Origin: Felis catus
Lineage: Eukaryota
DNA length: 64,000 nt
NCBI RefSeq assembly: GCF_018350175.1
Contig: NC_058373.1
Span: 101,620,001 to 101,684,000 of the forward strand
Direction of reading: 5' to 3'
Shown piece after piece: positions 25,437 through 36,672 of the stretch. Under the pieces are notes generated by a model. It did no database searches. It worked only from the letters and a program-made list of their open reading frames with translations, and was not told where the DNA came from. Each line of letters starts with the position of its first letter. The stretch's first letter is position 1. Made by a program: the position numbers and the translations under genes.

Positions 25437-25899
25437 GGACTAGACAAAAACATACAAACAAAAACAAACAACATCCTAGAGGTGAGATGTGTTTGTCTAG
25501 GTAAAGACAAAGCCTGAACACAGCCCTGCTAATGGAGAGAACAAACCAGAAGTTTACTCCCAGTTTACCCCCAGCCCTTCCTACCCCCTTCCTACCATGA
25601 GACTAAAGTTCATCTTCCCCAACTCTGCAGAATCAGCAGGAGCTACAACAGATTGATTCTGTGTTCACATGCAGCTGAGGCCGAGGTGGCAGAATTTACA
25701 CAACACTACTCGATGGAGCTGGGACTTCATTAATTCCGAGGAGGAAGGTATATTCTGAGGAACTGAAAGATGCTGAAGATTAAAGAGATCTGTGAAGACA
25801 ACATTGGGAGAAGTGGAAAGAAGAGAATTAGAGAATGAGGGAGTACTGAATATCCACCAGAGAGGACTTCCCTGGAGTCCAGGTCCCAATCTTTCTTTG

Positions 25900-26620
25900 G
25901 ACCCTTTCCTGAATCTTTTAGAAAAAAAGCTCTTAAGCCTCCCACAAGGCCCTGATTTATTTCCTACTACTCGCTGCCTCATTCACCTCCTCATTCTTCT
26001 ACCACTGGCCTCCTTGCTGTTCCTTGAACATACCCAACACATTCCTACCTCAGGGCTTTCGTGCCTCCTTACTTTTTATTTTTTATTTTTATTTTTTAAA
26101 CATTTATTTATTTTTGAGACAGAGAGAGACAGAGCATGAACGGGGGAGGGTCAGAGAGAGAGGGAGACACAGAATCTGAAACAGGCTCCAGGCACTGAGC
26201 TGTCAGCACAGAGCCCGTCGCGGGGCTCGAACTCACAGACCGCGAGATCATAACCTGAGCTGAAGTCGGCCACTTAACCGACTGAGCCACCCAGGTGCCC
26301 CACCTCCTTATTTTTTAAACAGACTGAAAACTCTTCTTCTAAATATTCAAATGGTTCACTCTCTTTTCATTTGGATGTCTCAGATGATGTCTCCTCAAAG
26401 ATGCCTTCCTTTACGTTTCTACCTAGAACAGCATCTTTATCAGGCTCTGCTTAATTTTTCTTCACAGCACATCACTACCTAAATCTCTTCCCCAATAGCA
26501 TGTGAGCCCCATAAAGGCAGAGACTTGGGTTCATTCATTCCAGTTGATTCCCAGCATTCTGAATAATACCTAGGACACAGATGGTGCTCAATAAATATTT
26601 TCTGAATGAATGAATCAATC
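25900..26620 (+). mobile_element. L2 3' region with nested antisense CAN-SINE (26072-26301)
   Basis: L2 tail ctcaataaatattttctgaatgaatgaat; SINE TSD cctcctta. Confidence 0.8.
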
Positions 26621-26634
26621 AAGTCCAGCACATC

Positions 26635-27015
26635 TACGATGGCTAATTTTATGTGCCAACTCGGCTGAGCTATGGCACCCAAATATTTAGTCAAACATTG
26701 TTTTGGATGTTTCTGTGGAGATGTTTTTAGATGGGATTAATAATAAATAGTGGATACTGAGTGAAGCAGATTGCTCTGTATAATGTGGGTGGGTCCCATC
26801 CAATCAGTTGAAGGTCTGAATAGAACAAAAGGCAAGAGAGTCTGCTTGTACTGGTTCTAGTCCTGGTTCTAAAGCAGACTGCCTTTGAATTCCAACCACA
26901 ACTCCCTCCTTAGACTCCCCTATCAGACTTTGTGGACTTGCCAAACCTTCACAACTGGGAGAGCCACATCCTTAAAATAATTCTCTGTTCTGTTTCTCTG
27001 TAGAACCCTAATACA
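26635..27015 (+). mobile_element. MLT2 (ERVL) solo LTR ~0.6 kb upstream of the CDKN3 CpG island
   Basis: gatggctaattttatgtgccaact...aatgtgggtgggtcccatccaatcagttgaagg...gaaccctaataca. Confidence 0.82.
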
Positions 27016-27722
27016 CACTCCTAGTCAAACTGTGCTATCTTCTTTACTAAAGAATTTCTCCTAATGGCTGTATACCCACTGGTTTTCACAACATGAGTAA
27101 GGGAGCCAAAATATCCACATATTCCGCAGATTTGCAGGTAATATTGCTACCAGTGACTTTCTCCCCATGGTCAGCTAAATAAGGACTGGAGAATGGGGGA
27201 GAAAATAATCAAACACAGCTCTTAAATATTATAGCCGATTAGGTAAAAACACTGGCACTTAAAATCATCTGGAGACTTCTCTTCCCTTCATACAAAACTA
27301 TTTCATTCATATTTAGCGAACAGGAAAGTGGATCTATAACCTGTCTAGATCCTAGAATGTTAAAGAACATAAAATATCAAACATACGAGGTATGTTTATA
27401 TTCTGTATTTTTAGCCCTGTGACCATAAAGTATAAAGTCTACGAGGTGTGGTGTGTTTTCATAAGGTGCTCCAGGACAGCGCTCCCCCTCTGCCCTTAAA
27501 TTTTTTTTAAATAAAAGAATTTAAAATTTTAAAAAATTTAAAAAATCAAGAAAAGAGACAAAATTCCCTACCCTGGTACCACTCTGGAATCCTGCTTTCC
27601 AGCATCCTCAAAAGTGTTAGGGGCCGTTCAGAGGCTTTCTCCGGGCCCCGCGCTCCGCCCCCTCCCTCTATGGTGCCCTCCCAGCCAATCAACGTTCTAC
27701 AGGGCCCTCCTCCCGCGCGTCT

Positions 27723-27728
27723 TTCAAA
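27723..27728 (-). promoter_or_regulatory. CHR element (TTTGAA on - strand), candidate DREAM/MMB (LIN54) site
   Basis: TTCAAA between CCAAT boxes, ~220 nt upstream of the ATG; typical G2/M promoter architecture. Confidence 0.6.
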
Positions 27729-27944
27729 AGCCCCCTAGAAACCAATGAGCAGTTAAAGGTACTCGGGGGCGGAGGAAGAAATAGGGAGAGGGTCTGATTG
27801 GTTCCTAGAAGTCGCCGCGCCCCGCCTCACAGAAGGATGTACCAATGAGCTGAGCGGAGGGGCGGCCTCCGCGCGGGGCGGTCGCTGAGGCGCCGGTGCT
27901 GCTAGACCGAGGCGGCAGCCGGTCACGACGTGGGGCGGCCAGCG

Positions 27945-27953
27945 ATGAAGCCG
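27945..27953 (+). CDS. CDKN3: CDKN3 coding exon 1 (MKP)
   Basis: gcgATGAAGCCG|gtgagt inside the CpG island; consensus donor. Confidence 0.93.
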
Positions 27954-30900
27954 GTGAGTCGGGCCGAGGCTCGGAGAAGCGAAGCCACAGGGAGAGAAGC
28001 GGTCCCCGAAGCCAGTTTGCGGGCCCAGGGACAGCCCAGGCCTGGTCCCGGGCCTGACTCGCGCTGTAACCGTCCGAGGTCGGGGAGGTGGCGCTTTCCT
28101 AAATTGGGGAGAGCGATGATTGAAAAGGAACAGGGTCGGTGGCGGACGAGGGGAAGGCGGACATTCGTTGTGAACCTGTCGTGCACAGGCTGGAAACTGT
28201 CTCCTGCAGAGTCTCCTAAGCCTCAGGAGAGCCCTGCCAGAGAGGGCTGAATCCCGTTTTATGGAGGAAACTGAGGCATGGAGAGCTTAGGTGTCTCCGT
28301 GTATCAGTTTGCCTGATGCCCAGCCCCAAGGGATGTCCGGGGCTGCCCCGCGCCCACTGGAGAGCGGTCCTCACCGCAGACGGGGAAAACCTCACTATAA
28401 AAGATTGCCAATCCCCATTTGTGGGTGCTTCACCATCCCCCGGGGCCAACTGGCACTGCGTCCTTTTCTGGGGTTCAGAATCCCTGGGCCAGGGGAAGCA
28501 GAAACGTCCAACTCTGTTAGGATTTGTAAGCCTGGCTGGGAAAGGCTGAGTGAATGGGCCACACTCTTTCTTTCTCTCTCTGAAAATCGGGAATCATCAA
28601 AACGGCTTTAAAGAGAAAGGAAAAACAGGCGCAAGGTGCTGTGGCCCCCCACCTGACTCACATCACCCACCACCAGGGTTTGCAGCCTATTGAATATTTT
28701 AAAACCTTTGAGTTGATAATAATAATAATACAAAGAGATCCAAAGCAACTCAAATCCGTAGCCTAAATGGCTCTGTAATGTGATCTTGTAGTAACAAACA
28801 AGACCATTATAGAATATAGCTTCAGAGCTGGAAAGGACATTAGCTGGTTACACTTGCTAATCCCCATGGTTCCATGTGGAGAGGCATCAGCTGTCCTTCA
28901 TTCTTGGCCTCTTTCTCCACTTGTCCCCAGAAGGGACAGAGTGAGGGATCTGATCCCCCAGTTTGAGAGGAGCTGAACACAAGCAGCTGAACCCTTTCAT
29001 CCCTTCTCTCTGCAGAGATTACTTTCTAGGGCGCTCTTGGCCACTGGGGAGCCCTGGGTTATCCATAGCTGCCTATGACTGGGGGAATGAGTCCAATTCT
29101 GGAGTGAAGAATTGGCAAGCCCACTTAACCACAGCTTTAAAGCCACGTCCTGCCTTTAACACTCAGTAATAAAACTAACCTCTTGATTTCTATTTGCCTC
29201 TCCACTGTGTTATCTCTCAGTTGGTTCCAAGTAGGAAGTAAGAAGAAAGGTGTGTTTTTCACTGGTCCTATGAAACAGCTGTCTCTCCTTTAGAAAACAG
29301 GCCTACAGGATTGAGTTCCAACTCTTTAGATCATTGTGCAAAGTCCATCTCAGTGTGTCTAGTCCACGGGTTCACAAAGTAGCAGGTTATCCTACCTGTG
29401 CACCCCCATCCACCAAACTAGTAGGCTGTTAGGGGGGTTATTGTTTGAGAAATGGAGGAGGCAAACTACCCCAGCTTCCTCTTCTCTGCCCTGATGTTTC
29501 AGTTCCTGAAAACAAGCTCTTTCCCCTTTTGCCTTTATTGCCTTAACTTCTTCCCTATCTGCCTAAAAACCTCCTGCCCATCCTTTAAGACCCAGCTAAT
29601 GTATGTCCTCTGAAGCTCTGTCCAGCTCCCTGAGCAGTCACTCCCTTCCCTGCCCTAAAGTGCATAGTTTATGCTTCCAGGTTAGCACTTACAACTTTCT
29701 TCTGTAATCTATGCACATATCTCTCCCTCCAACTATACTGAAGCTATTTATTTCATGGCTCTTTGCATCTCCAGAGCTTGGCAAATAAAGGTGTTCAAGA
29801 AATGTTTGTGAATGAGTGAATATATCTCCTCACTTTCTAGTTGTGGAAAACTGAGACCCAGAATAAATTGGAGTTGCTTGTCCAAGATTATATGGTAAAT
29901 GGCAGAGCCAAGACCAGAATCCTGGTTTGTTACCAATCCAACTCTCTTTCCATCAGAGTGCTGTTATTATCAATAGGATGGTAAAATCTATTTATTTTTG
30001 CTGACCATTCTCATAGTCCAAATTGAATAAATTGCAAATATGCATTCATTGTGTTAAGCAAGGGTCAGTTTATATGTAAATATTTTTCTTTACAGTTATT
30101 TAACATAACTGATTTCTTTTGAAGCCTAGTTCATTGCAAACAAGTGAGTTTGACTCATCAGATGAAGAGCCTATTGAAGATGAACAGACTCCAATGCAGA
30201 TATCATGGTATGTTAAACTTCTGATCAATGATGAGCTAAATTATTTGATCTGTACATCATAATCCATGTAGATATGTAGTCCACATATTAAAAATATTTA
30301 GTGGGGTCCCTGGGTGGCTCAGTCATTGAAGTGTCTGACTCTTGATTTCAGCTCAGGTCATGATCTCACAGTTCGTGAGATCAAGCCCTGCGTCGGGCTT
30401 TGTGCTGACAGCCCAGAGCCTGCTTGGGATTGTCTCTCTCTTTGCCCTTCCCCTGCTCACTCATATGCACATGCTCGTGCTCTCTCTCTCTCTCTCTCTC
30501 TCAAATTAAATAAATAAATAAATAATAAATAATATTTATAAATAAAATAAACAAATAAATAATATTTATTTTACATAAATAAATAAAATAAATATTTAGT
30601 GATTTTTTCTGCTGGTTGTATAATTCTAATCTTTAAGGGATTTTCTAATTCTGCTTTACTATCTATGATATAATAATAAATAAAATAAAAAATAAAATAA
30701 ATATTTATAAATAAAATAAATAAATAAAATAATATTTATTTTACATAAATAAATAAAATAAAAAATATTTAGTGATTTTTTTTTTCTGCTGGTTGTATAA
30801 TTCTAATCTTTAAGGGATTTTCCAATTCTGCCTATTTACTATCCATGATAGAATAAGGCTTTCCTTTTTGGGGGGCTTAGGGGGAGATTGTTCTTCTATA

Positions 30901-33900
30901 TTCAGAAAACCATAGTAGAAACAAGTAACTAGGGAGTGGAGATAAAATCAGAATGTCTCCCATTTGGTACCAAAACTTACTTATTCTTTTAGGACAAAAG
31001 AATAGTATACCAAACATAGGATGAGATATTTAATTGTTTATCATTTAGTCAAATCCTAGAACTACTTGCCACAGTCATGCATCTACTAGCAGACCCTGCT
31101 TAAGATAAAAGCCATATTACCACAGATACTAGAGCAAAAAACAAATGTTTCTATATAGAATCAACTTAAAAATCTTGGCAGTGACTTCTGGTTACACCAG
31201 ATTCTCTACAACAATCAATGCTTTTTCTCATCCCTGTAAATGTAATAATCTCTCTTTAAGAAAACACCATTCCCACTCTGAAAAACAGTATGGTTTTCCT
31301 CAAAAAATTAAAAACAGAACTACCCTATGACCCAGAAACTGCACCACTAGGTATTTATCCAAAGGATACAGGAGTGCTGATTCTAAGGGGCACGTGCACC
31401 CCCATGTTTATAGCAGCATTATCGACTGATAAATGGATAAAGAAAATGTGGTGTATATATACAATGGAATATTACTCGGCGATCAAAAAGAATGAAATCT
31501 TGCCATTTGCAACAACGTAGATGGACCTAGAGTATATTATGCTAAGCGAAATAAGTCAGGGAGAGACAAACATCATATGATTTTACTCCTATGTGGAATT
31601 TAAGAAACAGATGAACATAGGGAAAGGGAAGCAAAAATAAGATAAAAACAGAGGGAGACAAACCATATGAGACTCTTAAATACAAAGAACAACCTGAGGG
31701 TTGATAGTGGAGTTTGGAGGGAGGGATGGGCTAAACAGGTGAGGGAGCATTAAGGAGGGCACTTGTTGGGATGAGCACTGGGTGTTATATGCAAGTAATG
31801 AATCACTAAATTCTACTCCTGAAACCATTATTACACTATATGTTAACTAACTTGGAGTTTAATTTTTTTTTAAGTTTCTAAAAAATTTTTAAAAAGAAAA
31901 TACCATTCCCAACTATAGGAAGAGAAAAGAGGGTGTTATCCCTAAAGTTCCTTTTATTCCACCATCAAATAGCAATTATCTTTCATTTCCCTCCTTACCC
32001 CCCTTTCAAACTCAAAACCTCATCTAATTTTCAGAGTCACATGGTATTTATATGATGACCTCTGTTTTCCTCTAAACTCATCTTCTGTCTTGTAGACAAG
32101 GTTAGCCTCTACCCACTTTGTCCCTGAGTACTGTAAACTGGGAATATAGATTTCTTGAAATTGTTTTATTTTCACCAAAATCTATTACAACATGGGGTGC
32201 CTGGGTGGCTCAGTCAGTTAAGCATCTGACTCTTGATTTTGGCTCAGGTCATGATCTCACAGTTCATGAGTTCAAGCCCTGCATCTGCCCTGTCAGCACA
32301 GAGCCTGCTTGGGATTCTCCCTCTCTACCTCTCTCTCTGCTCCTCCTCTGCTTGTACTCTCTTTCCCTCTCAAAATAAATAAATAAACTTTAAAAATATT
32401 TTTTTAAAAGAGGAAGGCTACAAAGAAATCTTAAAATAGTAATATAGAATGAATGCTGGGGATGAAATCATCAGAAGGTAATTTTCTAGCTTATTCCCCA
32501 AGGTTACTAATACAAAGTATCTCAGATATCATACCACAGGGTAACTTAAAACCTTAATGCTTTATACGACCTGTAGGCAATCTAGGCATTATTATCTTTA
32601 AGGTAAGTTTAAGTTAACTTGCCACTTTTAAGACTTAAATTGTGACAAAGTAAATGATAAGTCCCTGTTTTAAAACTTCCAGCCTCTTTGGGCCTTTTTG
32701 TGAACAACACATTGATGTTTGCATATGCATTTTTGTTTTATGACTATGGTCAAACTTTAAAACACCCTTGTTCAGTGCCAAGCACACATGTGTTAAACTG
32801 AATTTCCATTTACAACTTTTTAAAAAACTGAATTAAAGTTTTATTCTTTTCAGGCTACCCCTGTCACGAGTGAATTGTTCTCAGTTTCTTGGTTTGTGTG
32901 CTCTTCCAGGTAGGTTTACAGTTGGCTTCCTATTGAGATACTTCAGATAATTTTTTGTCAGCTAACACATCATACTCTGTACTGAGCAGTAAGAGAACTT
33001 CATAGATCAGCAGCCTGGGGAAGTCACTTTTGGAAGCCCTCCTGTGGGCTGTAGCTAAAGGAACACAGATCACTCTTCAACCCTTCCAGACCCACATTCA
33101 TGGTTCTATATTTCTGACTCACCTACCTTAACGAAACGTAAACACTGGGGTACAGGTGAGGCTGAGGGCAACAAGCAGGTACTTGTTATAGAAAGGACAC
33201 AGAGCAAAGAATCTTTGGATGAGGAGTTCCTTCAGCTGGGATCTCTGAATCCCTGCAATTATATCATTAAGAATATAAGAAATCGAAATCCATATTCAAA
33301 ATGAAATCGCAACATATAAATGATCATATGGTATGACTTCTAAAGTAGCTGTGTTTGTGTTTAAGTATATTTCTTATATATGATTAAAAACTGACTTTTT
33401 CACTTGCCTTATTACTGCTTATAGGTTGTAAATTTAAAAATGTTAGAAGAAATATCCAAAAAGATACAGGTAGGTGTAACATGAAACAACCATATTAATA
33501 GTTTTTTTCTGAATAACACTGAAAATAATCTCTTTGTCAAAAAGAACAAACGTTAGTCTCTGTTTGGTATACCAAATAAATGTTTGATATTTCATAGTTT
33601 TAAACTATAGATTTATTCTAACATGAGAAGATGTATTTGCAAAGGGCACAGAGAACTAACTCATTTACTAAACATAGCATTGCTTTTCACCGATTGTTGT
33701 AGTTACACATAGAAATTGCATGAGTTTAAAATGTATACATTAGAGGGAGGAAGGTATGTAAACAGAAAACTGACATTTCACTGCCAATATCTTTGAACAC
33801 ACTATCCTTTGCAGACTTGATTGTTGTGATAGCAGAAATTAAGCCTGAACTGGGACCCCAGAGGTAGTAGTGAAATTGTCCATCCTGGTTAGAATTTAGA

Positions 33901-36632
33901 GATCCAGCGTCTAGGTGAGAAAGATGGAGTAGGGCCAATCTTCACAGGCCCAAAGATGTTCATACCACTGTAGCCTCAAGTCTAATAATCCCACAAATAT
34001 TCTGACAATCCACCCCAATTTGGAGTTTACATATTCCATGGTACTAAAAAACTTGGATTTTCAAAATATTTTATCCTGCTTGGGCTGGAATAGCTCAAGG
34101 CTAATAGTCCTACCAATGTCCTTATAATACAACAAAATAAAGATAGAGATAAATATAATATATAAATGATATATATAAATATATAAGATAAATATGTCAT
34201 ATATCTTGATTCTGACCAGTAAAAATTTGTTGAATCTTACATTTTTTTCCCAGTTGTTTTGGAGTATCAATTTATTAATGTACCTTCTCTAATTTATTCC
34301 TTACCTACCAAAAAGGACTGGAGGCTAGTAGATTAGTTGACTCTTGCAGTATTTGTAAAGATTCTCTGATTTAGAGGTATCTGCCATGGTAGGAACTTTT
34401 CATTTGGAGACCATTTAAGTCATAAGCAAAATATAATGAAAATCACTAGTTCAAGAACCAGTCTTGCACATTTTGGAAAGCCCTGTTCCCTTCCAATATT
34501 TTGGAATTTGGGGTTTCCAATAGCTTACCAAACCTTTCGTCTTCCATTGAGATCTTGAATGCAATCCAATCCAATGTATAAGAGATGACAATCTGATGAT
34601 AGGAGAGACCTAGACTCTCCCTGCACCAGCTCCTGTGGCTCCTCCTCAGAGTCCTTTCTAGGAAAGCTTGAAAACCACTGTATAATAGCAATTATGTGTG
34701 CGAGAGGCGGATAGAAAATTACCTACTCTTGAAAATGGTGAAGTATGCTAACTACAGGTTTAATCCTTTTAGAAGTACAAAAAAAAATAATAGTATTACC
34801 TAAAGCAGCACTGTCCACTGGAAATATAATGGGAGCCACAAATAGAAGCCATGTATGTAACTTTACATTTTTAAGTTGCCACAGTAAAAAATTAAAAACA
34901 GATGAAATTAATTTGATAATATATTTTATTTAACCTAACATAGCCTAAATAGTACATTGTCAATGGCTTTAAGTATAAAACAAATTATTAATGAGATATG
35001 GGGGTTTTTTTTAATTTTTTTTTTTTTAACGTTTATTTTTGAGAGAGAGACAGAGCATGAACGGGGGAGGGTCAGAGAGAGAGGGAGACACAGAATCTGA
35101 AACAGGCTCCAGGCTCTGAGCAGTCAGCACAGAGCCGAATGCGGGGCTCGAACTCACGGAACGTGAGATCATGACCTGAGCCAAAGTCAGACGCTTAACC
35201 GACTGAGCCACCCAGGCACCCCAGATATGGGTTTTTTGTACTTAACCTCTGAAATCAGATTTATATTTTACACTTATAATACATCTCAATTTGCACTACA
35301 CATTTCAGGTACAAATTTGGAGGTTCATGATGAAAGGCACTTTGTGCTTAGTTAAATGGCCCAGGATTTGGGAGGCAGGGGGAGAGAGGAGACTGAGATC
35401 ATCCAGAATTAGTTATTCATTTTGAACCTAATGGTCTATAATGAATATTGCCATAAGGACATTCCAGTGTATAGAATGGCCTATAGTACAATTGCTTGGT
35501 TCATATTCATTATAGTGAAAATTAGCTAAGTTGCATAATTCTAACACAGTTAACGTTTTATTTCTGGAGACCTAGTTCACAAAATTAGATGCATGATGGG
35601 GTGGCACAGTACAAACATAAAGGAGAACATGAGCTCAGGCACCATGGGCATGCTGGAGATTTACATACAAGGCGTAGGGTCAAACAAAACAGCAGTGATG
35701 AAAGTAACAAACATGAATTTTGTGAGAAAAAATCCGGGGGAAAAATGTGCTGTCAGTTCTTCACAAGAGTTTATCTTGAAATATTAGATGTTTCAAAATT
35801 TACTTTAAAGCAGTATTGAAAAGATCTTTTTTCAAGAACAGCAATATAATTGACTCATCTTAAATTCAGTAAAAAGCATTTTGAATTATTAAGTCAGGTT
35901 TAATTTTAAGCACCTTTTGGTTCAGGCATTTCTAATTCCTATTTTGTGCTTAGTGACTTGATTTTTACCCTACTTTGAAGACAGATTAATATTGTTTTAG
36001 ATTATCAATAAGTATTTCAAATGTATAGATTATCATTTGTTAGTTTGGCTTAAGAAATTTAACACCACATTCTCTGTCTTGACTGTATTTAAATTTGTAA
36101 TATTTTGTACATGTGTATCCATCTCTTGGTCTATTGGCAGAAGAACTAAAGAGCTATGGTATACAAGACATATTTGTTTTCTGCACCAGAGGGGAACTGT
36201 CAAAATACAGAGTCCCAAACCTTTTGGACCTCTACCATCAGTATGGAATTATCACTCATCATCATCCAATCCCAGATGGAGGGACTCCTAACATAGCCAG
36301 CTGCTGTGAAATAATGGAGGAGCTCGCAATCTGCCTTAAGAATAACCGGAAAACCTTAATACAGTACGTTTTTCTTTTCTCTGTTTGTTACGAGAAATGT
36401 CCCAGTCAGAATGATTTTTCCAATTATTGCATCCTTACTCACTTATTACTTACCTTATAGTTTGGTGCAAGGATTAAAAGGAGATAAGGCATCGGGGCAC
36501 CTGGATGGCTCAGTTGGTTAAGCACCTGACCCTCGGTTTTGGCTCAGGTCAGAACCTCACAGCCATGAGATTGATCCCTGCGTTGGGCTGCATCAGGCTC
36601 CATGCTGTCAGCTCAAAGCCTGCTTGGGATTC

Positions 36633-36672
<40 letters not shown>

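Larger units (their letters stand above)
27630..28460 (+). promoter_or_regulatory. CDKN3: CpG island and TATA-less promoter of CDKN3
   Basis: Only strongly GC/CpG-rich segment in the window. CCAAT at 27685, 27742, 27842 and ATTGG at 27797; several GGGCGG/CCGCCC boxes (e.g. 27766-27772); surrounds exon 1. Confidence 0.92.

Noticed and set aside
27930..28250. 106-aa Arg/Pro-rich ORF through CDKN3 exon 1
   Set aside because: Read-through of the exon 1 donor into GC-rich intron 1; stop-poor because of base composition
35589..35819. His-rich 76-aa ORF in CDKN3 intron 4
   Set aside because: No recognisable family, and the CDKN3 CDS is complete without it
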